This document shows positions 25,334 through 32,000 of a stretch of DNA of 32,000 nt, piece after piece. The position numbers and the translations under genes are program-made. This DNA comes from Chlamydiota bacterium (lineage in GTDB: Bacteria > Auribacterota > JACPWU01): NCBI GenBank assembly GCA_016196885.1, contig JACPWU010000024.1, positions 45,994 to 77,993 of the forward strand. The letters are read 5' to 3'. Numbering within the stretch: position 1 is the first letter of the stretch; each line of letters opens with the position of its first letter. Below the pieces are notes generated by a model, which was given only the letters and a program-made list of their open reading frames with translations, did not search any database and was not told the origin of the DNA.

Positions 25334-25375
25334 TTTTTTTGGGAAAAATGAGCGCTGGTAGATAGGATATGAATC

Positions 25376-25891
25376 ATGAATATGTTGATTCCTCAAGTAG
25401 CTATTGAACAAAAAATTTTGATGATCAGAGGATATCGTGTGATGATGGACAAAGATTTAGCGCGTCTTTATGGTGTACCAACAAAGGTTTTAAACCAGGC
25501 TGTAAAGAGAAACATTGAGAGATTTCCTGAAGATTTTATGTTTAGATTGTCACCAACAGAGAAGGACAAGGTGGTCACAAATTGTGACCACCTTAGCTCT
25601 CTTAAGTTTTCTCCTCAATTACCCTCTGCATTCACCGAGCAAGGTGTGGCGATGCTCTCAAGCGTTCTTCGAAGTGAGCGGGCCGTTCAAGTCAATATTG
25701 CTATTATGAGAGTTTTTGTAAAGTTACGAGAAATTCTCTCTACGCATAAGGATTTGGCTCAAAAATTAAGCCAACTTGAACGGAAGATTGAGAAGCATGA
25801 CGGAGAGATTCATGCTATTTTTGAAGCCATTCGTCAGCTGATGGCTGTACCTGAAAAGCCAAAGAGAAAGATAGGGTTTCACATAGAGTAA
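25376..25891 (+). CDS. ORF6N domain-containing DNA-binding protein
   Basis: 171 aa with IRGYRVMMDKDLARLYGVPTKVLNQAVKRNIERFPEDFMF and FTEQGVAMLSSVLRSERAVQVNIAIMRVF. Confidence 0.8.
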   Translation: MNMLIPQVAIEQKILMIRGYRVMMDKDLARLYGVPTKVLNQAVKRNIERFPEDFMFRLSPTEKDKVVTNCDHLSSLKFSPQLPSAFTEQGVAMLSSVLRSERAVQVNIAIMRVFVKLREILSTHKDLAQKLSQLERKIEKHDGEIHAIFEAIRQLMAVPEKPKRKIGFHIE

Positions 25892-25900
25892 GGAAAATGG

Positions 25901-26821
25901 ATGAAACATCAAATAGCCTTAGCACAAGTTTATCCCAAGCTCGGAGATCTGGATGCGAATTTCCAGATGTTTCGGGAGAAGATTCGCATTGCGATCAACC
26001 AAAAGGCGGAGCTGATTGTTTTTCCGGAATTGGGTCTCACGGGATATTTTTTAAGGGATATGGTTTCGAGTGTGGCCTTAAAAACCAGGTCAAAGATGTT
26101 TAAAGAATTGTTAAATCTCTCTCAAAAAATTTCGATTTGTTTTGGTTTTGTGGAAGAGACGGATTCCGTTGAGTTTTTTAATTCGGCCGCTTATTTGGAA
26201 AAAGGGGAGTTGGTTCATCTTCACCGCAAAGTTTATTTGCCCACTTATGGCATGTTTGATGAGCAGCGCTATTTTTCTTGCGGGAAGGCGATTCGCTCGT
26301 TTCAGACAAGATTTGGAAAGATTGCCATTTTAATTTGTGAAGATTTGTGGCATCCCACTTCTGTTCAGATTGCGGTGCAGGATGGGGCGCAATGGATTTT
26401 GTCCCTTTCATCCAGCCCTGGACGGGGTGTCGGCAAGGGAGATCATCTTTACAGTACTCAGATGTGGGAGGCGATGAACCGGTTTTATGCGGGACTTTAC
26501 GGGGTTTATCAGGTGTATGTGAATCGAGCAGGGGTCGAAGAAGGCGTCAATTTCTGGGGCGGCTCAGAGGTGATTAATCCCAAAGGGCAAGTGATGGCGA
26601 AGGCGCCTTATTTTGAGGAAGACCTTTTGAAGGTAGAGTTGGACGAAGGGGAGGTCCGTCGCAGTCGTGTTATGAGTCCTTTGATCCGAGATGAAAATTT
26701 GGATTTGGTAATTTATGAACTTACAAGAATCCGAAATGAATCCACTGGAAGTCAATCCAAGCCTCGTCGAAAATCTTCTCGTTCGATTCCTCAGAGAAGA
26801 AATTCGAAAAATAGGATTTGA
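25901..26821 (+). CDS. Carbon-nitrogen hydrolase (Nit-type glutaminase partner of NAD synthetase)
   Basis: Glu-Lys-Cys triad contexts [16 protein letters not shown] and ILICEDLWH. The last ~35 aa (basic, low complexity) overlap nadE in another frame. Confidence 0.8.
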   Translation: MKHQIALAQVYPKLGDLDANFQMFREKIRIAINQKAELIVFPELGLTGYFLRDMVSSVALKTRSKMFKELLNLSQKISICFGFVEETDSVEFFNSAAYLEKGELVHLHRKVYLPTYGMFDEQRYFSCGKAIRSFQTRFGKIAILICEDLWHPTSVQIAVQDGAQWILSLSSSPGRGVGKGDHLYSTQMWEAMNRFYAGLYGVYQVYVNRAGVEEGVNFWGGSEVINPKGQVMAKAPYFEEDLLKVELDEGEVRRSRVMSPLIRDENLDLVIYELTRIRNESTGSQSKPRRKSSRSIPQRRNSKNRI

Positions 26822-27557
26822 GAGAGCGATCCTGGGTCTTTCCGGAGGAGTCGACTCAGCCGTGGTCGCATTCCTTTTGGCAAAGGCTTTAGGTCCCTCA
26901 AATGTCTGGGCCCTTTCCATGCCTTACAGTGCATCAAGCGCGGATAGCCGAGAGGATGCCCAAAAAATTTCTCATATTCTGGGAATACAATTTCTTTCGA
27001 TTGAAATTACGCCCATGATCGATTCCTATTTTGAGCTTTTTCCAAATCTTTCCAATCTTCGCCGCGGAAATAAAATGGCTCGTGAGCGCATGTCTATTCT
27101 TTACGATCATTCCCATGATCTAAAAGCGCTTGTGATTGGGACGAGTAACAAGACAGAGCTTCTTCTGGGATACGGGACTCAGTATGGGGATATGGCTTCT
27201 GGAATCAATCCCATAGGAGATTTGTATAAAACCCAAGTATGGCAGTTGGCAGAACATTTAGGGGTTCCAGAGGAGGTCGTTAAAAAGTCTCCGAGCGCGG
27301 ATCTTTGGGCAGGACAGACCGATGAGGGTGAGTTGGGATTTACTTATCGGGATGTCGATCGCCTTCTTTACTACATGGTGGATGAGCGCTATTCTTTGGA
27401 GGAATTAAAAGAAGCAGGATTTGATCCAGATTTTGTAGCGAAAATTTATAAACGCATGCGAGATTCTCAATACAAGCGTCGCCTCCCTCTGATTGCCAAA
27501 ATTTCCCAGCGAACCATTGACCGCGATTTTCGCTATGCCCGGGATTGGGGGAAATAA
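26715..27557 (+). CDS. nadE: NAD+ synthetase, short single-domain form
   Basis: PP-loop [16 protein letters not shown], then [18 protein letters not shown] and DLYKTQV. The start is ATG 26715 or 26736. Confidence 0.9.
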   Translation: MNLQESEMNPLEVNPSLVENLLVRFLREEIRKIGFERAILGLSGGVDSAVVAFLLAKALGPSNVWALSMPYSASSADSREDAQKISHILGIQFLSIEITPMIDSYFELFPNLSNLRRGNKMARERMSILYDHSHDLKALVIGTSNKTELLLGYGTQYGDMASGINPIGDLYKTQVWQLAEHLGVPEEVVKKSPSADLWAGQTDEGELGFTYRDVDRLLYYMVDERYSLEELKEAGFDPDFVAKIYKRMRDSQYKRRLPLIAKISQRTIDRDFRYARDWGK

Positions 27558-27582
27558 TTTGAGACAAAAAATGTAACAAAAT

Positions 27583-27598
27583 TTGACATAAATTATGT
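27583..27598 (+). promoter_or_regulatory. Candidate -35 box and palindromic operator of the Phd/YefM-RelE module
   Basis: TTGACA (27583-27588) overlaps the palindrome ACATAA-A-TTATGT (27586-27598). A weak TAGGCT lies 17 nt downstream. Confidence 0.3.
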
Positions 27599-27639
27599 AA
27601 TATGTTAGGCTTTTTGTAAGGAAAGGGGGTGAGGTTTGT

Positions 27640-27903
27640 ATGATTACGGTCAAGACACAGGCAACCATTGCGGGTATCAGCGAGTTGAGGAATAAGTCTG
27701 AGCAGGTGTTGAAGAATTTAAAAGATCATCCTGTGATTTTGGAACGGCACAATCACCCGGTTGCTGTTTTAATTGATTATAAAAAGTATCAAATTTTGGA
27801 AGAGATGATTGATTTTGCAGAAGACTATGTTCTGGGTTTAATGGCTCAGAAGCGGGACAAGCAAGCAAAAGCCGGAGATGTTGTGGACATTGATCAATGG
27901 TGA
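27640..27903 (+). CDS. Type II antitoxin, Phd/YefM family
   Basis: 87 aa. ISELRNKSEQVLKNLKDHPVILERHNHPVAVLIDYKKYQILEE is a typical YefM fold sequence. Confidence 0.85.
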   Translation: MITVKTQATIAGISELRNKSEQVLKNLKDHPVILERHNHPVAVLIDYKKYQILEEMIDFAEDYVLGLMAQKRDKQAKAGDVVDIDQW

Positions 27904-27916
27904 AAATTTATAAAAT

Positions 27917-28042
27917 GAAACCTCTGAAAAAGGCCCATCTGCAACGCTTCCTGCTTCGCTCAGTCGTGCGACGTACGGAAAAATGTACGCCTCCTCCTTT
28001 GCTCGTAGCGCGCTTCCCTCTGGGACCTTTTTGAGAGGTTTC
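27917..28042. mobile_element. 126-bp MITE-like element with ~20-bp terminal inverted repeats and an AAAAT target duplication
   Basis: Left end GAAACCTCTGAAAAAGGCCC (27917-27936). Right end GGGACCTTTTTGAGAGGTTTC (28022-42), whose reverse complement is GAAACCTCTCAAAAAGGTCCC. It is flanked by AAAAT at 27912-27916 and 28043-28047. Confidence 0.65.
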
Positions 28043-28046
28043 AAAA

Positions 28047-28337
28047 TTGAAAGTTCATAAGAAAGTGATCACAGAAGACAGCAAACATTTTGATCTAAAA
28101 ACAAAAGACAAGATCAAGAAGAAGTGTAAGGAATTACTCTCTCATCATCCTGAAGAAGTAGGTGAGCCTCTCCGTTTTGAACTGCAAGGTTATCGAAAGC
28201 TTAAGATATTCAATGACTATCGTGTGGTTTACAAGGTTGAGAAAGAAGAAGTTCTTGTCTTTATCCTTGCCGTGGGAATTCGACGAGACCTTGAAGTCTA
28301 CGAAGAAGCCATCAAGAGATTAGAAAATCAAAAGTAG
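28047..28337 (+). CDS. Type II toxin, RelE/ParE (StbE) family
   Basis: 96 aa, TTG start. ...LQGYRKLKIFNDYRVVYKVEKEEVLVFILAVGIRRD is a RelE-type C-terminal core. Confidence 0.8.
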   Translation: MKVHKKVITEDSKHFDLKTKDKIKKKCKELLSHHPEEVGEPLRFELQGYRKLKIFNDYRVVYKVEKEEVLVFILAVGIRRDLEVYEEAIKRLENQK

Positions 28338-28348
28338 TCAAAAATCTC

Positions 28349-28640
28349 TTACGGATTTGGATCCGTTGTTAAATAAGGATCCGCATCGATGGTTCCGGTT
28401 CCAGAGCTTATTCTGTAAGAGCTACCACTCGCAGGAGCTGCTCCACCCCAATAATTGTTCTCTGCAGAAATACTGATGGTTTCAGGACTCTCATTGAATA
28501 AACCGTAGTCGAAAGATTAAATGTTCCAGGATCAGCAGGAGAATCTACCAGATGGATGTCCATTCCGTCTCCACCATTGAATGATATAACTTTCGATAGT
28601 TGATAGTTAATATTTAACTCTCTCTTGAAGAGGCAGTTAT
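28349..28640 (-). pseudogene. 3' remnant of a parallel beta-helix / secreted repeat protein gene, frameshifted and 5'-truncated
   Basis: The minus strand gives ...SFNGGDGMDIHLVDSPADPGTFNLSTTVYS in one frame. A second frame then gives FNESPETISISAENNYWGGAAPASGSSYRISSGTGTIDADPYLTTDPNP-stop (TAA at 28351-28349). There is no start codon. Confidence 0.35.
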
Positions 28641-28653
28641 GTTTTTTAGAAAA

Positions 28654-29985
28654 TCATGATTTTTCAGAGATATAGCTTAAGATTTTTTCAATGGCTGGTG
28701 TGAAGATCTCTGTTTGGGGAAGGAGGCTTAAGACAAGATAGCCTTCTTGATCAAAATGATAAAAATGTCCAGGGTGAATCAGAATACTTTCTTTTTCCAG
28801 GAGGGAAAGCACCCATGCTTCGTCCGTCAGAATTTTAGGGATTTTAAGGATGGCATACCAGCCTCCTTCTACTTTTAGACATTCACAAGTGGGAAAGTTC
28901 TGGAGGGTGTTTTGAAGGGTTTTTAAATTGGTTTTAAGTCGCTTTTTAATTTGAATTTGTATTGTTTTTGTATGCTTGAAAATTTCAGGAAGTGCTACTT
29001 GAATAGGGGTGTTAACGGACAGATAAGTGTCAGTGATGACTTCTAATCTTTGGCAGGCTTCTTGAACAAGAGATTCAGGGCCATTGATAACGATCCAGGC
29101 TAATTTCATTTGAGGGAGCGCTGCCATTTTAGAGAGGCCGTTCAGGGTAAAGGTCAAAACTTCAGAGCTTTGGGCAAAGCTCATTCTTTCAGTTCTGTTT
29201 TCAAAATCATAATCAAAAAAAACCTCATCTGAAATGAGAGCCAAATCATTTTGCTTTGCAAATTCAACCAGCTTTTTAATTTCTCTTTCCTTAATATAGG
29301 AGCCCGTTGGATTGTTTGGGTTAACCATCAGGATCGCTCGTGTCTTTGAGGTGACAGCTTCGCTTAGAGAGTCAAAATCAATATGCCAAGCATTCTCATA
29401 GGCTAGTTTATAGGGTTTGAGCTCAATGTCGTTCAAATTTCCCAAGAAGTCAAAAAGAGGGTAGCTTGGGCAGGGAATGAGAACATTGTCCCCTGGATTT
29501 GTGAGGAGTCTGAAAAGAAAAGAATAAGCCTCGCTGGTGCTAGAGGTGAGAAAGATTTGGTCAGGATTCAATTTTTGGCATATGCACTTGATTCCCCTTA
29601 GATAGCAAGCGCCATGGCAAGAAGTTGTAGTCGTCCCATTCATGGGGCTGTGCCCCTTGCATGGGTTTGCCCGATGAATCGGGCGACTACAAAGGGAAAT
29701 CAAGTGCATATGCCTATTTAATTTTATTTTCTGCTTTGCATAATATTGAACAATGGCTTGTCGTGCTGAGAGAAGTCCTTTGGGATGAGGATGGTATGAA
29801 TAAATGTGGGGCGAAGTTAAGGCTTTTGAGATTTCTTCGATAGGATATTTAAAGTTGCATCGAGTTGGGTTAGATTTTATTAGATCTAGCACAGGAAGTT
29901 GTGAGTCACGGCGTTTTTGGAGAGCTTTTGAGAGAGAATTGGTTGCCAGTTCCCAGTTTGTACGTTTAGAGAAAGAATTTTTCAT
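28654..29985 (-). CDS. Class I/II PLP-dependent aminotransferase carrying a 50-codon in-frame repeat-element insertion
   Basis: NPNNPTG and LNGLSKMAALPQMKLAW with the PLP lysine. The insertion interrupts ...YYAKQKIKLN|...|PDQIFLTSSTSEAYSF. Confidence 0.85.
   Translation of the reverse strand: MKNSFSKRTNWELATNSLSKALQKRRDSQLPVLDLIKSNPTRCNFKYPIEEISKALTSPHIYSYHPHPKGLLSARQAIVQYYAKQKIKLNRHMHLISLCSRPIHRANPCKGHSPMNGTTTTSCHGACYLRGIKCICQKLNPDQIFLTSSTSEAYSFLFRLLTNPGDNVLIPCPSYPLFDFLGNLNDIELKPYKLAYENAWHIDFDSLSEAVTSKTRAILMVNPNNPTGSYIKEREIKKLVEFAKQNDLALISDEVFFDYDFENRTERMSFAQSSEVLTFTLNGLSKMAALPQMKLAWIVINGPESLVQEACQRLEVITDTYLSVNTPIQVALPEIFKHTKTIQIQIKKRLKTNLKTLQNTLQNFPTCECLKVEGGWYAILKIPKILTDEAWVLSLLEKESILIHPGHFYHFDQEGYLVLSLLPQTEIFTPAIEKILSYISEKS
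29577..29714. mobile_element. REP/MITE-like element, copy 3: family core flanked by 23-bp terminal inverted repeats, inside the aminotransferase ORF
   Basis: TIRs are GGCATATGCACTTGATTCCCCTT (29577-29599) and AAGGGAAATCAAGTGCATATGCC (29692-29714). The internal segment is near identical to 19761-19831 in reverse complement. It is flanked by 10-bp direct repeats ATTCAATTTT (29566-75) and ATTTAATTTT (29716-25). Confidence 0.75.
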
Positions 29986-30068
29986 CTATGTTTTATTTCT
30001 TTGGGTTTAATTCCTTTATCATAACATCAGAATGGTTTGAGGTGAAAGATTTTGCGAATAAAAAGAGA

Positions 30069-30098
30069 TTGATTGAAAATGTTGTATGGTGGTATAAT
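30069..30098 (+). promoter_or_regulatory. Candidate sigma-70 promoter of higBA
   Basis: TTGATT, an 18-nt spacer, then TGgTATAAT (extended -10 at 30090-30098). Confidence 0.4.
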
Positions 30099-30130
30099 AG
30101 GTATTGAAGATAACTTTAAGGTTCATTCTT

Positions 30131-30427
30131 GTGGCTATTGTAAGCTTCAAAGATAAAGCTTCTGAAGATATCAACTATGGAAGGCTTTCCAAAGCGGCCT
30201 TGAGGCTTTTGCCTCAGTATCTTCATAAGAAGGCTCAAATTAAATTGGCTCGTTTAGCAGCTGCGAGTAGCCTTCAGGATTTGGTTGAGATTAGAGGAAA
30301 TCGTTTTGAGTTTTTAAAAGGGGATCGCAAAGGGCAGGGAAGCATTAGAATCAACGATCGGTACAGGATTTGTTTTAAGTGGAAAAATGATCATGCGATG
30401 GAAGTAGAAATTATTGATTATCATTGA
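30131..30427 (+). CDS. higB: HigB-type toxin (plasmid maintenance system killer family, RelE superfamily)
   Basis: AIVSFKDKASEDINYG...GNRFEFLKGDRKGQGSIRINDRYRICFKWKNDHAMEVEIIDYH. GTG at 30131 is preferred over TTG at 30104. Confidence 0.85.
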   Translation: MAIVSFKDKASEDINYGRLSKAALRLLPQYLHKKAQIKLARLAAASSLQDLVEIRGNRFEFLKGDRKGQGSIRINDRYRICFKWKNDHAMEVEIIDYH

Positions 30428-30434
30428 GGAGGAG

Positions 30435-30725
30435 ATGACGATGTTTAAAATGCATGTGACACCGATTCATCCAGGAGAGATTTTGCTCGATGAATTAGAA
30501 GAGTTGGAACTGAGCCAGGTAACTTTGGCAAAGCATGTGGGTGTTTTGCCAAAAACCATTAATGAAATTTGTCGTAACAAGCGAGGTATCAGCATAGAAA
30601 TGGCGCTTAAGCTTGCGAGGGCCTTGGGTGGCAGTCCTCAGTTTTGGCTTAATGCTCAGAATAATTGGGAGCTGAGTCAGATGAATGAAAAACAGTTTTT
30701 AAAAATTAAGCCTATTGCCGCATGA
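30435..30725 (+). CDS. higA: HigA-family antitoxin (XRE-type helix-turn-helix)
   Basis: ATG after GAGGAGGAG. HPGEILLDELEELELSQVTLAKHVGVLPKTINEICRNKRGISIEMALKLARALGGSPQFWLN. Confidence 0.9.
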   Translation: MTMFKMHVTPIHPGEILLDELEELELSQVTLAKHVGVLPKTINEICRNKRGISIEMALKLARALGGSPQFWLNAQNNWELSQMNEKQFLKIKPIAA

Positions 30726-30735
30726 GAAGGAATTG

Positions 30736-31821
30736 TCAACAAATCTTAGGTTGCTGTTGTGTCACACAATGAATCGCACCTAGTCCTATTACCATGTTCT
30801 CACATCGAATGCCGATGACTTTTCGGTTCGCAAAGAGCTTCTGAAGAGTTTTAAGAGCTTTTTCGTCATTGGAATGTCCAAAAATGGGGGTCAGAACCAC
30901 CCCATTGGCGATGTAAAAATTGGCGTAGCTGGCGGGGAGTCGGTCTCCTTCGTAACTGACGACGCCTGGCATGGGAAAGGGGATGACATTTAATTTCTCT
31001 CCCTTTTCATTTTTTGCAAGTTCGAGGCGTCTGTAATTTTCTTTCAAAAGTTCATAATTCTCATCCAGAGGGTCTTCTTCTAGGGCGCATACAACGGTGT
31101 TAGGATTCACAAATCTTACAATATCGTCCACATGCCCATCGGTGTCATCTCCCACAATGCCTTCTCCCAACCAAATCACATTCGAGACACCTAAAAAATC
31201 TTTGAGAGTGTTTTCGATCTCGCTTTTTTTGAGATGAGGATTGCGGGTGGGGGTGAGCAGGCATTGTTCGGTGGTCAGGCAAGTGCCGCTTCCATTGACA
31301 TCGATGGATCCGCCTTCCAACACAATTCCAGGTTCAAAAGAGGGGACATTTAGAAAAGGCTTAAGCCGTTGAGGCACATCCGTGTCTTTTTTTAGCTCTT
31401 CATATTTATCTCCCCAGGCGTTGAAAATCCAATGGTTGAATGCGAGTTCATTTTGCCGGATGAGAAAATTAGGACCATAGTCCCGAATCCAGGCGTCCAC
31501 GGTAGGGATTTTATGGATGACAAGATTTTCTAGTCCCCGCGGGATGAGATTTTTGTGAAGAACATTTCTTTTTTTTAATTTTTCAAGAACCTTTTGTTGG
31601 GCCTCTTCGTCATTGACCAGAAGAAAAACTTTTTCGTTTGGGGTCAAGTACTCAATCATTTGGGTGTAGATTTCTTCAACTTCCGGAAGTTGCTCCGGCC
31701 AGGTGATCGGATCTTTGGGCCAGGAAAGCCAAGTGCCTTCATGGGGAGCCCATTCGGCGGGCATGGAGTAGCCGAGAGAAGAGGGAATCGTTGAAATTTC
31801 TGAGCGGGTATTTGATTTCAT
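30736..31821 (-). CDS. aguA: Agmatine deiminase
   Basis: 361 aa with PAEWAPHEGTWLSWP, DAWIRDYGP, DGHVDD, and GAIHCVTQQQP with the catalytic Cys. Confidence 0.9.
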   Translation of the reverse strand: MKSNTRSEISTIPSSLGYSMPAEWAPHEGTWLSWPKDPITWPEQLPEVEEIYTQMIEYLTPNEKVFLLVNDEEAQQKVLEKLKKRNVLHKNLIPRGLENLVIHKIPTVDAWIRDYGPNFLIRQNELAFNHWIFNAWGDKYEELKKDTDVPQRLKPFLNVPSFEPGIVLEGGSIDVNGSGTCLTTEQCLLTPTRNPHLKKSEIENTLKDFLGVSNVIWLGEGIVGDDTDGHVDDIVRFVNPNTVVCALEEDPLDENYELLKENYRRLELAKNEKGEKLNVIPFPMPGVVSYEGDRLPASYANFYIANGVVLTPIFGHSNDEKALKTLQKLFANRKVIGIRCENMVIGLGAIHCVTQQQPKIC

Positions 31822-32000
31822 GGATTAAAAATTTCTTTGAGTGTGATGATGCGATCAAAATAATGCCGTCCCTCGATGGCCTTTGTTGCTCCAAAAGGGG
31901 CAATGAGAATTCGTTGAATGGATTTCTTTTTAGGATTCAAAAGAAGTTCTAATTTTCTATCCATCTCGTTAATGACTTCCGTTCCAACTGCTGCCTCGGT
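31818..32000 (-). CDS. 3' end of an unidentified gene, ATGA-coupled to aguA (5' part beyond the right edge)
   Basis: Open minus frame ...TEAAVGTEVINEMDRKLELLLNPKKKSIQRILIAPFGATKAIEGRHYFDRIITLKEIFNP-stop. The stop overlaps the aguA ATG. Confidence 0.45.
   Translation of the reverse strand, partial: TEAAVGTEVINEMDRKLELLLNPKKKSIQRILIAPFGATKAIEGRHYFDRIITLKEIFNP

Noticed and set aside
26700-26740. Programmed ribosomal frameshift joining Nit and NadE
   Set aside because: I could not recognise a slippery heptamer or downstream structure, so it is kept only as a split-gene or possible indel observation.
27900-27916. GTGAAAATTTATAAA (VKIYK) overlapping the antitoxin stop as the original relE start, duplicated as TTGAAAGTTCATAAG
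   Set aside because: After removing the MITE and one AAAAT copy, that frame hits a stop after 9 codons. The similarity is best explained by AT-rich chance plus the 5-bp target duplication.
27838-28044. 68-aa minus ORF
   Set aside because: It lies within the MITE and antisense to the antitoxin 3' end, with no support.

Overview
Bacterial chromosomal window, standard code, moderately low G+C. I cannot assign a lineage from the sequence alone. Most of it is housekeeping. An edge-truncated APC permease (-) comes first, followed by a probable sigma-54-driven glnK/amtB operon with three unannotated mini membrane ORFs. Next come a TPR protein, a DegT-type aminotransferase and a GT2 glycosyltransferase, two tRNA(CAU) genes, tilS and a cell-wall amidase. 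A tetrapyrrole cluster follows (sirC-like, hemX/ccsA-like, hemA, hemC, cobA/hemD fusion, an embedded MBL hydrolase, hemB). After it come manA, a GspS-like ATP-grasp protein, aroA and galE. The last ~7 kb is an accessory-flavoured patch: two ORF6N genes (one broken), a split Nit+NadE NAD synthetase, a Phd/YefM-RelE module, a beta-helix gene remnant, a PLP aminotransferase and a HigB-HigA module. The window ends with aguA. The strongest finding is that the initiator tRNA gene is split by a ~654-nt group I intron carrying a PD-(D/E)XK homing-endonuclease ORF. Other findings: (1) intergenic long hairpins whose arms are tandem 7-8-nt repeats, with unrelated sequence but the same architecture, plus a one-armed heptamer array in frame inside hemB. 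(2) A mosaic REP/MITE-like palindromic family with three copies, one of them a TIR-flanked copy inserted in frame into the aminotransferase. (3) A different 126-bp MITE sitting in the 12-nt spacer between antitoxin and toxin. (4) An AT-rich ~0.8-kb gene-free region ending in three DnaA-box-like 9-mers phased at 11 bp. No CRISPR array, rRNA, intact IS or prophage genes were seen. All calls come from reading the sequence and recalling family motifs; no searches were run.
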